Source of the DNA: Octopus sinensis
Lineage: Eukaryota
Length of the DNA stretch: 64,000 nt
Assembly: GCF_006345805.1 (NCBI RefSeq)
Contig: NC_043003.1
Location: 22,754,001 to 22,818,000, forward strand
Reading direction: 5' to 3'
In this document: positions 26,073 through 39,744 of the stretch, one piece after another
Numbering within the stretch: the first letter of the stretch is position 1
How the letters are laid out: the number at the start of each line of letters is the position of its first letter
Translations under genes and position numbers: made by a program
The notes under the pieces: generated by a model
Told to the model about the DNA's origin: nothing
Seen by the model: the letters and a program-made list of their open reading frames with translations, nothing else
Database searches by the model: none

Positions 26073-26177
26073 GGTGCAGCGTGGTCCTGCACGCACGCCG
26101 GAGTCCCGCGAGCACGAAAGCGCGGAGCTCTCGGCGAAATGCAGGCGGTGCACGGCAGCGCGGCGGAGAGGCGGAAC
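26073..26177. other. GC/CpG-rich island forming a long imperfect hairpin capped by C(GAAA)G; candidate structured RNA or DNA element, unidentified
   Basis: 76 of 105 nt are G+C, with 17 CpG, in AT-rich flanks. Nested stems GTGCA/TGCAC, CCTGCA/TGCAGG, CGCCG/CGGCG, GAG/CTC, CCGCG/CGCGG. Confidence 0.55.
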
Positions 26178-26309
26178 TAATTTAATTACTGGTCCTAAAT
26201 TCAAATTCTGTTGGTAAAAATCTTTGCCTTTAATTAGTACTGAATTGATGAAAATATTACCAGTAAATGAAAATAATTACCAGTTATTTATAGGTGTAGA
26301 CATGTCTGT

Positions 26310-26690
26310 GGTTTCGCGTTCAGTTCCCCAGTGCAGTGCGTTGGACGAGTGGTTTCTACTATTGCCTTAAGTCGACCAATGATTTGTAAGTGAATTTGAA
26401 AGCCCATCCTATGTGTATGTGTATGTGTTTGTGTGTGTGTGTCTGTGTGTGCATGCGTGTGTATGCGTGTATATGTGTGTATGTGGCTTTGTATCTTTCT
26501 TTGTCCCCACCACTACTTGACAAGCAGTGTTGGTATGTTTACGTCCCCGAAACTAAGCGGCTATGCAAAAGAGATCGCTATAATAATGATCAGACATGGA
26601 ACGAAAAATAAATATTGGGCCAGACTAAAACTCTTGAAGTCGATGCCCCAGCATGACCACGGTCATCCAATGATTGAAGCAAGTAAAAGA
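26310..26690 (+). mobile_element. Old family-A SINE
   Basis: Diverged gttcagttccc...tgtttacgtcccc...tgattgaagcaagtaaaag. Confidence 0.7.
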
Positions 26691-27289
26691 AGATGAAGGA
26701 AAAGAAGAATACACAGGTTTGAATTCCAGTGGAAATTCCAATCGTTTGCAAAATTATTTCTTGTGTGTTAGAAACAAAACTATGATATATAATGATAATC
26801 TTCGAACAAATACACATGTCATGAAATGGAGGTTTCAGATGTACAACCCGCTTGTATCAGTAGTTGTCGAATTATTCTTTAGAAGATAAATCCCGAAAGT
26901 CTATCACAGACGACCAGATATTCCTCTCGGGAATTATTCTTGCAAATCTGTTTGTTTTTGTGATTAGCTTGTTTTCACTTGATCTAAAACTATACAAACT
27001 ATACAAACACAAAATCCTCAAAGAGAATTTGATTGTTGATCATTCCAGACGTACAAGAATAGCTTAAGGCAATGCTGAGAAAATCTTTCATAATCAATAA
27101 GCAGAACATTCCAAAGAGTTTATGGAACAAACGTTGTCAGAAACTTCCAAACCAAGGAAGATTGGAATTTTTCCCTTTCCTTTTCATTTCTTTTTACCTT
27201 AATCCATTCTCTATTTTCCTGTCATCGAATTTTTTCTTGTCTTTTATCTTCAGCTTGTTTTAGTTATTATCTTACCGTCTTGGCGGGTT

Positions 27290-27650
27290 TAGTCGGACAG
27301 TTCGACCTCAGTGCATTTTATTTACAGTATGGTACTTATCTTATCGGGATCTTTTGCTGAACAACTAAGTTACAGGGACGCAAACTAACCAATAACGGTT
27401 ATAAAGCGGTGGGGGAAGGAACGAACCCAAAAACATAAACACATTTACAGGAATACACACACACGTACACACACGCTCATCACATATATACGACAGCTCC
27501 ATATATTGTCCTCCAGCCAAATTCACTTGTAAAGCATTGGCCGGTCCGGAGCTAAAGTAGAAGACAGTAAAGTAAAGGTGTTGCGAAGTGGAACTGAATG
27601 TCAAACCTTGTGGCTGCAAACCGAACACCTGAACCACACAGCTTACCTAC
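27290..27650 (-). mobile_element. Old family-A SINE
   Basis: Reverse-complement similarity (ctaagttacagggacg, agtagaagaca, accacacagc). Confidence 0.7.
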
Positions 27651-27899
27651 ACAAATAAGATCTTCCATTTTACTTAAGAATGTACAGCACAACCTCCTAT
27701 GATGAATATTTCTTTTAGGCTTCGCAAAAATCATACCGTATTTCAAGGGAAAGAGCAACTGTGATACTGTTACGTTTCGTGTCACTTCCAATGCCAACGG
27801 TAGAATAATTACCATCAGCTGGCCGACGAATATCTACAGCTGTGTTCACTCTTTTGTAATTAATCGACGCTGGCCTTTGGTATAGGAATATCTTTTGCC

Positions 27900-28235
27900 T
27901 GCATGCCTAGGAAGCCTTATAAGGATTATGGGTAACTCCTTTTGCTATTAAAACAAAATGAAGTGTAATGAATTATCTTAAGATTTAAACTGTATCGCAG
28001 TCTCAGTAAATGAAAGATTATCTCTGGCTGGATTGGTTAAAAGCACAGATAAAATAAACTTTGGAGATGCTTTCCCCTTGAAGAAATTGCAGGAACTACT
28101 CAGAGATATAGCAAACACTTCCTGCGAATCACCACAATATCGGAAACATTTATGTATCATCAGAAGGTGTGTCAGGGTCGCAAACGCTTTACGTCTTATC
28201 CTTTACGCCTCCCCTGTGTGGAGCAGCGTGGACTG
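27900..28235 (+). mobile_element. Highly decayed CR1/L2-type LINE fragment
   Basis: ANALRLILYASPVWS resembles the CR1 post-RT motif R..LEYASPVWSP. Confidence 0.4.
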
Positions 28236-29537
28236 AAATTGATTTCGCCCGCGAATAAGTTCCACTTGCTGTCTCTTGTCAACCACAACCTCCTTGAGCT
28301 GGTTTTAGCTGCTGCACATGTTCTTGGAGGTTTTCTTCAATTGTCTGGCTTCCAGATCAGTCTTCTGAAAGGAAATCGCCGATGATGTTTGCCAACATAC
28401 GATACATTTATAGAATTATGAGGAAAAAAGGTGGTGTGACATTCATGACTCTCTGAAGGGCATTTATGAAACACGTGAAGCGGAATGGTTACATCAATAA
28501 TCGAAATAAAGAATTGAAACTGATGGCAGTAAATAAGACTTCAATATTTAGATTGATCAAAGCAATTTCTGCTAATTGGGAACGTAAACAGGATTAATTT
28601 GACTGGGAATGAGTCTGAGCTCTAAATCCCAATAAAAAATCTATAAAACCAAAAGTAAAAAGTAAGTAAAAAGGCACAAGAAAATTACTGTATATATAAT
28701 CATAAAAACGGAGAAACATCAAATGGGAGATATTTTATACAGAAGATCAATAACCAAAGGCAAAAGCAAGAAGCAGAACTAAGAAATTTGAAGTCCCGCA
28801 TTGACTGATTTTATCGGAAGATACGTCATACAAATTAACTATTAGATGAGCAGATTTGCTTGTTGAGTCAGTTGAAGCATTTCAGTTAGGTTTGTATCCA
28901 GTTTTACGGGAAATTCGTTCAGCACATTCCTTCGGTGAGGGCGAGTGTGATAAACGGCACTATATTTAAACCTTAAGAGAGCAGGAAATTTCCTGGGTAA
29001 AATCGGATTTGTTTACAACTAACGAAGGAAGCTACTTTTGCTTCCAATATCAGTTAGTGTTCTGTATTGCGGTTTGAATAATACACTTCTGGAAACATGG
29101 GTGGTTCGTTCATCAACTTTAAACAACCCTTATTCATGGACCTTTTGAGTGGGATGGGCTACTCGACCTGAAGAAAATTCGAACTGGGCCACACCTGCTA
29201 CGTCATGCGCAGTTAATCTTGATATGAAGTCACCATGTCACGTATAGGTAGTTGTGATGCATGTGGCTGGTGTACCCTTCTCAGACGAGTAGTCATGAAG
29301 TGTATATCAGACTTCGCATATTTGTATGCTACCGTCACTTTGATGGCATGTACTGCTCTCTCAGTCAATTATAATAATTATAATAATAATAATGAATTTT
29401 TTATGGTTCGTAATTTACGCATGTGATTCTTCTTAACAAATTTCAGATTCTGTTGGAGACTCTTGGAAAGGTTATGAGCGATGCCCTTTTCCAAACTAAA
29501 TTCAGAGATATACTTTGCATTGTAAATTTATTTTATA

Positions 29538-29915
29538 CTAGCAGTATCGCCTGGCATTGCTCGGGTTTGCTTCGACCCGTTAGAATTGGGATTTTTGAAA
29601 AGTAAAAAAATTGCATTATATAGCTTGTTATTCTCATTTTTCTTGTTGAAATACACCGAAAAATGGCAACACAGCAGTAAAAAATCGTAGAAAATAGGGA
29701 TTTTCATAGAAATAAAGCACCTTTTCGAAGTAAATAATTTTGGTGTTAACACGGTCCGATTTGAATTTTTTTTCTACGGAAGGAAGAGCAAGCCTTCATC
29801 TATCATACTCTCAATTTTGGTCAACTTGTGCCGCAGGGTCTCGGAGGAGATAGTGTTAGTTGAAGGCTGTCAAACCTGCTATACACAGACAACTTCAGCT
29901 TTATATATAGAGAGA
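29538..29915 (-). mobile_element. Non-autonomous Helitron
   Basis: Minus strand begins TC(TCTC)TATATATAAAG and ends with a GC-rich subterminal hairpin (cccgagcaatgccagg) followed by CTAG. Inserted between A and T, no TSD. Confidence 0.8.
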
Positions 29916-30965
29916 TATCATAACAATTTGTTTCTCGAATGCTAAGGTATAGAGTAATCGATTTAGCGCGGGTTGGTTTATTCTTATTAATGATGATTGT
30001 TATCTCCAGTTAAATTTAAAATATCCTAGGCTCTTAAATGTGCACATTTTCTTTTTGCATTAACACAGCTTAAAACTCCAAGCACTACAGAGAGTGTTAC
30101 AAAATTGATGAGTGTTTCGTTAACGTCCTGAGCTCAACACATTTTCATAAACCAAACATCTTAGTTACTGAGGTGCTGCATTGATGAAAAGTACTGTGAA
30201 AGGTCAATATTTACTATGCTGCGTCTATGCAAAGACGTTTGAATCTCAATGGACAAGTTCACATAAATATATAAGGTGGCATGGGAAGATAGCGCTCCAG
30301 GCAGCTGCTTCAGGTTTTGTTTTGTTGTGTCCCATGAGAAAAATCAATTCGACTAACATCAGATATTCAGATCATACTACAGTGAAGTCTAGGGACTCTG
30401 ACGTCATTACTCTTTAGTCTATACGATAGATACAAATCGAGAAATCAACGATTTTCGCGCAAGATTATTATTGATGAAATGGTGTTATGCGTAATTAAAA
30501 GGAAATAATTGTTTTTCATTCCTCGCCCCCAAGCATTATATATAATTTATCTTCGTTTCTGTTGTTATTCTTGTTGTTGCAGTAGCTAATATTGTTGTTG
30601 TTTAGCACCAAGTCAGTTCTAATCAAGCAAATCTATAAATACCAGATAAAACAACCGCGACCATCCCACCATTTTCCTGTATACGAAGAACCATATACTA
30701 GACAGATTAGCCATCGTGTCCTTTTCTAAGGTAGTAGTTGAAATGATCTGAGAGAGAGATTTGACTGTTATTTCTTGCAGTTCGATTGTTCATGCAAAGG
30801 CTTCCTGTGATATAAGAAGCTAATAATAAGAATATATAGACGTGCAAATGCACAATTTAGAAATAATCTAAATTTCTGTACCGACGTATGGATGGGTGGT
30901 TGATTAGGTTTAAAAAAGTAATATTCTCTGGATTATCAATAAACTTCGTATTTTGAAATGGTGCA

Positions 30966-30968
<3 letters not shown>

Positions 30969-31007
<39 letters not shown>

Positions 31008-31030
31008 ATATATATTATATATATATATAT

Positions 31031-31063
<33 letters not shown>

Positions 31064-31085
31064 GTATATATATATACATATACTT

Positions 31086-31118
<33 letters not shown>

Positions 31119-31125
31119 CACACAC

Positions 31126-31181
<56 letters not shown>

Positions 31182-31210
31182 GTATATATATAAATGTACA
31201 TATATATATA
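30969..31210. repeat. (TA)n/(CA)n microsatellite
   Basis: Directly visible. Confidence 0.95.
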
Positions 31211-31742
31211 TGTTTAGATAAATGCATACATACATGCATTCATACATATAGGCACACACATATTGCCATACAATATATGTATAGTGATTAGAAGAACAGT
31301 GCAGAACGCCATATCACCATTGTACTTCGCTGTTGTAATTTATTTAAGCTAATGTTTTTTTTGCTTTATATTATACAAAATAATCAAATTTTAAAATATA
31401 AAAATAAAACTGAGCCAAAACTCAATTAACTAGTGGAGGGAATAATTATGATTGTGTAAATATATCAATTCATCTAAAAACACGACTCTGAGATTGCATA
31501 TAAAATGAAGCAGCTGTTATTCGTGTGTTTGTATGTGTGTGTGTTTGTGTGCAAGGGAACATAACAGTTGTGTTGAAACTTCTGTATAATTGCTCTGACC
31601 TATTTCTACTTGAAGATATGACTGCAGGAAGCATACTCGTGGTTGACTTCTGCACGAAAACCAAACAGTTGCGATAGTGCTGAAACAATGAATTTCGTGT
31701 AAAAATAATTTGCTTTATAAATCAATATTACAACTGAAGCAA

Positions 31743-32145
31743 AGGCGGCGAATTAGGAGCATCTTTACTGTGCCGGACGAAATGCTTAGCGGCACTTCTT
31801 CGGACTTTACGTTCTGAATTCAAATACCACCGGGGTTCATAAAATAAGCACCTGTTGAGTAGTGGGCTCGATGTAATCCACTTAAATTCTCCCCCAGAAC
31901 AGCTGGACTAGTGTTTAAATTTGAAACAGATATTACAATCCAAGAAAAGAGGGCGAAGTCGCAGAATTGTTTAGCGGCTTTTCTTCCGACTTTACGGTCT
32001 AGGTTCAAATGCCGCTGGGGTCGACTTTGCTTTTCACTGTTTCGGAGTCGATAAAATAAATAACAGTTGTGTAATGGGGTCGGTGTAATCGACTATCTCC
32101 TCTTCGAATTTACTGGCTATGAGCCAGTAGATTTTAAACCAATAT
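31743..32145 (+). mobile_element. Two head-to-tail family-B SINEs
   Basis: Two A-box/B-box units. atattacaatc is repeated at 31930-31940 and 32142-32152 (TSD-like). Confidence 0.75.
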
Positions 32146-32404
32146 TACAATCGAATTACGGCGAGAAAAAATACATATTAGCTTAATGATTATTATAATT
32201 AATTTTAATGATGAAAAGGTAAGGTGCACCTTTTATGCTCAAATATGCTGACCATCACATAACCAGTTGCAATACGATGGCGAGAACTTAAAATCACTTT
32301 CCCCACGGACACACAAATATATATGCTTTTATATCACGTGTCTATGTCTGTGTTTTTGTGTGTATATATACATATATGTATGAATATATATATATATATA
32401 TCTT

Positions 32405-32800
32405 TCTCTCTTTTACATGTTTCAGACTGCGGCCATGCTGGAGCACCGCCTTTCGTCGAACAAATCGACACCAGGACTTAAACTTTGGAAGCCTAGTACT
32501 TATTCTAGCGGTCTCTTTTGCCGAACCGCTAAGTTACGGGGACGTAAGCACACCACCATCGGTTGTCAAGCGATGTTGGGAGGACGAACACAGAGACACA
32601 AACATATACACACACATACACACACGCACACACATACATATATACGACGGGCTTCTTTCAGTTTCCGTCTACCAAATCCACTCTAAAGGCTTTGGTCGGC
32701 CTGAGGCTATAGTAGAAGACATTTGCCCATGGTGCCACGCTGTGGGAATGAACCCGGAACCATGTGGTTGGTAAGCAAGCGACTTACCACGTAGCCTCTA
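32405..32800 (-). mobile_element. Family-A SINE
   Basis: Full reverse-complement match. Confidence 0.9.
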
Positions 32801-32820
32801 CGTATAAATATATGTATGCA

Positions 32821-32856
<36 letters not shown>

Positions 32857-34229
32857 CTAATATATACTCACACATTTTTGTATGTATACGTGTATGTGTG
32901 TATTTATATGTTATGCAACTTTACAGCGCTGATTTGAAAGGATTCAAACTTTGCAATAACATACAGGAAACAGAGGCATGACTGGATAATTAGTTTAGTT
33001 AAAATAAACTAACGTGTAGTCAGATACTAGCTTCTTTGCCCACCTTCCCTCACTCTTCCTTTTTTCCCCTCTCTCTCTCTTTCTGTCTGGCTGTCTGTCT
33101 CTCTCTTTCTATCGCTCGCTCACTCTTTCCACACCAACACTTAGATTATAGCTTAGGAATTTGCGAACTAGTTGTAATAAAGTTATACGGTATGTTAGTA
33201 ACAAGAAGTAAGAGAAAGCCGCTTTTACTGAAGTAGTAATGAACGTAGGGAAAAAAAATCTACTCTTCCAAGCTATTCAAAGTATTAACGTAAGAACGCT
33301 GGAAAATGTACAACAGCTTCAAATACTAATTGGCTTAGAGGACAAGCTAAGATTTCCTGTCAAACAACAACCTTGTTTTCTCTATTTTATCAACGAAGAA
33401 CCAAAAGAAAGTCAGATCAAGCGAGAGAAAATCCCGGCTACTCTACTTTGTGTTTATGCTTTTGTGTTTTTCTCACGCAAATCTTATCGACAGAAATTTC
33501 AAAATGATTTTAATAAAAGCAGGCAAAAATGCGAAAACATAATAAATTTCAGAACTTATTGATAAACCTAGAAACTGCCACCTCCACAAAAATTAAGTAC
33601 ATCATATAAATAAAGAAGCGAAAAAACTAAAAAGAAAAAAACAGTCAGTGAATCCATCTTTAATCTTACGACTGACAGAAATAATGTCAAGCAAATATAT
33701 TTAAAGACAAATTTGTGTTCAATATATTTCAAAGGATCGATTTAGAAAATGGTAAAATACTTTACGATCATGAATCAACATGGAAAATTTATTATATTTC
33801 TTTTTAGTTTTCAGTTATCATGAGAAATATGTATTAAAAATGCATTATTGACTAAAAGAACAACAACGACAAAAAAAAACCCCACATCGATTAGCTATAA
33901 AGATTCACTGTAAATCTTTTAAAAAATATGTATTGGGAACCAGCAGCAAGATATTTGATAGTTTTAGGTGTGTTTTGATCACAAAAATACAACAACTTGC
34001 TCAAGGACAGAGTATTGTGTCCTTGAATAATGCGCATCATTCCACGTTGCTCCAGTTTTCTTGGATGGAAATGAGTACCAGATCTGACAATCGCAACAGA
34101 AGAGCATCAGAACTAAGAGGCAGTTCCACTTTTGCAGCAAAGTTGGCTCCCGGGCAAGTCAATGCACGGGGCCCTATGATACTTATTTACCTATTTATTG
34201 ACAATAAGCCACAGAATATATAGAGCATA

Positions 34230-34745
34230 CCGTAAATCCTCGAGTATAGTCCGCCCTTGGGTATAATACGCATGGGATTTTTAGTGGGCTGTACTTCTGA
34301 AAAACCTAAACCTTGTGTATAATACGCACCCCTTCTCTAACTTGAGTCAAGGAGGTCTACATAACATCCTTGGTTTGTAAAAATGTATACGACAACGTCC
34401 TTTATTATTATTGTATATATATATAACATAATGTAAACGTGTAGCTTTTTTGTGCATTTTGTTTGCAGAAAACAAAGAAATAACAGTAATAACGTCTAAT
34501 AAATGTTGCTTACTGCAAGTTATGGATGATTCTTTTATGACTTCATTGCTTTCAGGCATAGCTTAAGGTATTTTCGCGCCCGTCATCACAAAATGCGTTT
34601 GAATAAATATTGCCGGACAGCAAATAGAGACTTGGACATTGCTGAGAAAATATTTTTCATTTTTAACCTCGTATATAGTACGCACTAGGGATTTTGACCT
34701 TAAAATTTTGGGGAAAAAATGCGGATTATACTCGAGGATTTACGG
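34230..34745. mobile_element. Tc1/mariner-superfamily (pogo/Tc2-like) MITE, 516 bp
   Basis: 25-bp TIRs ccgtaaatcctcgagtata(g/a)tccgc with 1 mismatch. TA on both sides. Internal gtataatacgca repeats. Confidence 0.92.
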
Positions 34746-35087
34746 TAATCAGACTCCTAGATCTCTTAGGATCCTGGGTAACTACCCACCGTGCCCATGT
34801 TATAAGACGGTTCAGCCAAGAGGGAGTGTCTACGTCCGCTGGCGACTATATAGGTACCTAAAACAATTAGCGAAAGCAAAGTACATGATACTGGGCCATA
34901 CTCACCTTTGATTGACAGCTATACCTAGTGCAGTTCTTTGATCTTTTTTATGTATACTGTGATCCATGATGAAAATAATATTATCTAAGGGAGAGTGTGT
35001 AATCAATTAAATCGATCCTGGTACATGAGTGGTACTTTGTTTCATCGATAAAGCATAAATTGTCTGATTGATAGCACATCTATGACC

Positions 35088-35380
35088 AAGTGGCTGCGTG
35101 GTAAGAAGCTTGCTTCCCAACCCCATGGTTCCGTGTTCAGTTCCACTGTATGGCACATTGGGCAGGGGTCTTCTACTATAGTCTCGAGCCGGCCAAAGCG
35201 TTATGTATAGATTTAATAGACGGAATCATATATATATATATACATATATATATATGTATGTATCTATGTATATATGTGTCTTTGCGTCTATATTTGCCTG
35301 TGTTTGTCCCCCACAACCGATTGACAACCGGTGTTGTTATGTTTATGTACCCGTAACTTGGTGGTTCGACGAAAATAAAA
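35088..35380 (+). mobile_element. Diverged, 3'-incomplete family-A SINE
   Basis: gtggctgcgtggtaagaagcttgc...ttgacaaccg. Confidence 0.75.
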
Positions 35381-35582
35381 TAGCCGTTATAATCCGTATT
35401 TCCTTTTAAGCGGCGGGAGCAGGAGAGCATAGTCACCTCCTCAGCCCAGATTACATTGTAAATTGTAACATTACTATGTTTAGACGACAGTGTGCAATAA
35501 GAGGGAGTTTTAGCTACTATTTCTTTTGCGAATACTGCTATTACGAAGAGGGTTCATCGATGACTTGAAAGGTGGGGTATTA

Positions 35583-36147
35583 TTGGGTTGTCCGGAAAGT
35601 TAGTGGTGATTTATAGTAGCTTACCTTTCGACTCATTTTAGAACATGGTTGAGTCAATAAAATAGGATTTGACTATACATCCATTTAGAGCACAGTTTAA
35701 GCTCTCTTTTCGTGGAAGAAGGTTTATATTCCTATAACCTGTGTTAATTCTGTAACCCTTTAAAATGGAAGATAAGAAAGTTCATTTGCGGCACTTGATG
35801 CTTTTGGAACTAGACAAACATTGCAGCAGCTCGGCTGGGATGTGTTACCCCACCCTCCATATTCACCAGATATTGCTCCTTCGGATTTCCACTTATTCAG
35901 GTCTCAGTAGAATAGTCTTAATGGTAAAAATTTCAATTCCTTGGATGACATAAAAGATACCTTGATGAATTCTTTGCTATGAAAACCCCTCAATTCTTGG
36001 AAGTGAGTATTTTCAAGTTAAAGGAAAGATGGAGACGCATTGTGCAACAAAATGGTTCATATTTGGTTGAGTAAAAATGTAATGGCAAGTATTTATTGAC
36101 CTTTTTCCTTCCTTTAAAAATCGGCACGAACTTTCCGGACAACCCAA
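35583..36147 (+). mobile_element. Internally deleted mariner element with both TIRs
   Basis: TIRs ttgggttgtccggaaagtt / aactttccggacaacccaa with TA TSD. MEDKKVHLRHLML fused to LGWDVLPHPPYSPDIAPSDFHLF..ERWRRIVQQNGSY. Confidence 0.95.
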
Positions 36148-36779
36148 TAGTTGTTGTATAGTACCAGGTCACAGCTAATGACCAGCGTCATCCAAGTCTT
36201 GGTACAGCAGTGGAATTTGAAAGAATGCAGCTGTTCCTTCGGATCAAACAGTCGCGTAAAGACCCTCACAGGGAGACGAATTTATTGAAGTCGATGCTGT
36301 TTGATTGCATGTAAAGTCAACCCCGATTAAAACACACATGGAATAGCTTCGATCAAAGTTATTCCAGTCGTGGCCATCTCGGCCTTTTTCTATTAATAGC
36401 TATACCGATTCCATTAACTAATATTTCCTGCCTTTTAATACTTTGCTATTTCTAGCAAAGTCAGGATATCTGGTTGTCATGGCAAGCTCTTGTACGATAT
36501 GCTAAGCGGCCCTATATAGTTTCTATTATAAACGTTTATTGTTAATGTTACTCACCTAATTATCCATAGAATAATTTATATCTGCGTTGTATATTTAATC
36601 GAATTTTTATGTGTATTCAACTATCTCCAATAATAATTAACAATTGTGACCTATTTTTTACTCTCGTTGAACAATTTCATTGCTAAAGTTGTGTTTTACA
36701 ACTAAGTTGTTATTTATGATACATAACGATTTGTAACATAAAGAAAACAGCAACGATAGCAATTATAATAATAATAATT

Positions 36780-37478
36780 GTTCTAATTTTGGTATAATGT
36801 CAGCAATTTTGAGGCGGGGGATTAGTGCAAGTCGATTACACCGACTCCAGTACTTGACTGGTACATTATTTTCTCAATCCCGAAAGGATGAAAGGCTAAG
36901 TCGACCTCAATGGCATTTGAACTCAGAACGTAGACAGGAGAAATATCGCAAGGCATATGTATATATAAACAAAAATGGGACAGGAACGCAAAACATCCGG
37001 ACAGTTATGTGATACAAAAAAGGGACATCAAAACATCCAGACAAATGATACAAAGAAAACAAGGACGGGTCATTTGGAGTTTTCTTTTCTCAGTCGAGTT
37101 CCAGATTATCTTTGCAATTTCGGCTGTTTATACTCGAGATTGCTTCAATCTGGCCAGCCCCATGGAAAAAACTAAGCTAAGAGCACTAGATTCCTTGGAA
37201 GAAAGGAATGTATACGAAAACAAAGACGGGGAAAACGGAGAAATGATACACAAATACAAACAACAGGACATTAACAACGGGTGTCTTTCGACTAAGGACG
37301 AATCAAATTAAGCTGGCGTATATATGACAGGCTTCTTTCAGTTTCCGTCTACCAAATTCACTGACAAGACTTTGGTCGGCCCGAGGCTATAGTAGAAGAC
37401 ACTTGGCCAAGGTGTCACGCCGTGGGACTGAACCTGGAACAATGTGATTGAGAAGCAAGCTTCTTACCACACAGCCTG
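36780..37478 (-). mobile_element. SINE-B (-), an unclassified insert (~36960-37318) and a SINE-A 5' half (-)
   Basis: SINE homologies at both ends. The middle segment is bounded by short TA runs. Confidence 0.6.
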
Positions 37479-37490
37479 TGTACATATATT

Positions 37491-37727
37491 GTGAAAGTGT
37501 GGGTCCTAGTGGTTAGAGGAGCTGCACTCACGTTCATGAGATTGTGGTTTCAATTTCGAGACTGGTTGCGCTTGTGTTCTTGGACAAATCACTTCCTTTC
37601 CCGTTGCTCCAGTCTACTCAGCTGTAAATAAGGAACACCACGACAAACTAGTATTCCGATGAGGGATTGGGACAAGCGACATATAACAACATTCGACAAG
37701 TGTGGTTGATCACGTGATCACGTGATA
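37491..37727 (+). mobile_element. SINE with family-C head and a tail like the 47931 copy
   Basis: cctagtggttagagg...ttgtgttcttggacaaatcacttc...cagtctactcagctgtaaat. End taacaacat...tcacgtgatata. Confidence 0.65.
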
Positions 37728-38009
37728 TACATATATACATACATAAATGTGTGCGTGTGTGTGGTTGTGCGTAAGTTAGAATCAATATAATCTTCTTCAC
37801 TGGTACCCACGACCTCTGAGCCTTTGGTGAAGCAGCAATGGGAATTCATGGTTATTCTCCCATCCGAACATTAATAAAAGTATAGTGCAAAATAATAAAA
37901 AAAACAAATGACAAGTATTACGTAAATATATTCAGAGGTCACACCTGTTTAAGCTGATAAAACACCTGTTAGTTAATGAGTATAGTTACGTAATTTGTGT
38001 TTACATTTA

Positions 38010-38163
<154 letters not shown>

Positions 38164-38404
38164 GTTGGGCCATATGTGACTCACCAGAACATTCGGTATT
38201 TAATTTACATTACGTTATGATTATTATTCATGTTGTTCCTGATGTGCGAGTACGTGTGCATTCGTCATTATTCAATTTTACAAAATATGAAGCATATTTT
38301 TGACATTGCTCGAGCATATTCAACTTATTCTGTGCATAACTTTTGGCTCATCCTGTATATTTTTCTTTCTGTCCTTTTGCCCACCGTTCTATCTATCTAT
38401 CTAT

Positions 38405-38562
38405 TTTTTTTCTCTCTCTTTTTACGATTTCTTTTGATCGAAAACCTACCCCCCTTTTTATTTTTTAGTTTTCTTTTCTGTTTTTTTCTCCCCAAAAAGA
38501 AAAGCTCTACTTTGTAATTTGTCCCCTCTGTGTTCAGCCCTGTGTGGCTAATAAAGAAACAT
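38405..38562 (+). mobile_element. Short 3' end of the same Tx1-type family as 130-751, in (TATC)n
   Basis: tttacgat..cttttgatcgaa...aaaagaaaagctctac.ttgtaatttgt...cagccctgtgtggctaataaagaaaca shared with 615-751. (CTAT)4 upstream, long (TATC)n downstream. Confidence 0.9.
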
Positions 38563-38589
38563 TATCTATCTATCTATCTATCTATCTTC

Positions 38590-38664
<75 letters not shown>

Positions 38665-38826
38665 CTTATCTATCTTCTTATCTATCTATCTATCTATCTA
38701 TCTATACATAAGTATATATAAATGTATTTAAGAATATTCATTTACAGATGTATATAATATATATTATATATGCACACACATATATCTATACGTAAATACA
38801 TATAAGTGTGTGTGTGTGTGTGCGCG

Positions 38827-38874
<48 letters not shown>

Positions 38875-39744
38875 TGAGTGTGTAAGTAAAATTATGTCGC
38901 TTGTCAAAAATGCAAAGCAGTGTGATCGAACCAGTGACTGCAAGGTCTTATCTATTTATCCTTATCTTTGAACGTTCACACCCACAGCGAGTAAGGTGAA
39001 AGAGAAGTTAAAGGAAAAAAAAAGAAGGTTGGAAGAAGTATGTTAAATTTATCAGCTGTAGACTGTATGAATGTGAGCCTATGCACACACATAAACAAAC
39101 CCACAAGTGTGTGTGTGCGTGTATTTATGCTTGTGTATATTCCATGTGTATGTGCATATTTATAAAATGGAGCAATCGATTGATGGATTCGCTGACAAAA
39201 TAAGTGTAACAGAAACGTGGATGCGTTCAACTGGAAGTTAATTGTAGAGTATTTTGTATGGGAAGATATACCGAGTGTGCCTTCTGCGTCAAAAATGCAT
39301 AGTCTATATTGCAAGCTACTATACTTGAATTAGTGAGCCGAAAATAAAATACTTTTTAATTAATTGGAATTATAAAATTAGTTAATGAGATTGGGAATTC
39401 ATTAGCGTTAATTATTCTCAGAAGAGGGAAGGGAGACAAATACAAAATTTCTAACCGTCTAAAATTTAAAACTATGTAGGCGGGACGAAAAGGAGGAGTT
39501 AGTGAGTGTGGTTTTTGTGTTGTATTTCAGTTAGTATTTAATTGAAATATTTAATTAGCTTTAATTTGTATTGTTTGTGTCAGTATAAATGCAGAAATGA
39601 TTTTTCCATTTTTTTCTTTTACTAGCTTCTAGTCTTTGTGTTCGTCTATTCAACATAGTTGCTCTACATCATAGTATGCTTCATTTTGTATAGTAACTGC
39701 ACGTTCCCGCATCATCATCATCATCCTCGTCATCATCATGAAAG

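Noticed and set aside
26073-26177. HDV-like or pistol ribozyme reading of the GC island (ggcgaaatgcagg resembles J4/2-P2)
   Set aside because: No P3/L3/P1.1 pseudoknot or pistol conserved linker could be fitted, so it is left unidentified.
29120-29392. Moderately GC block ending in (AAT)n, possible retroelement 3' end
   Set aside because: No second copy or protein motif in the window to support a call.
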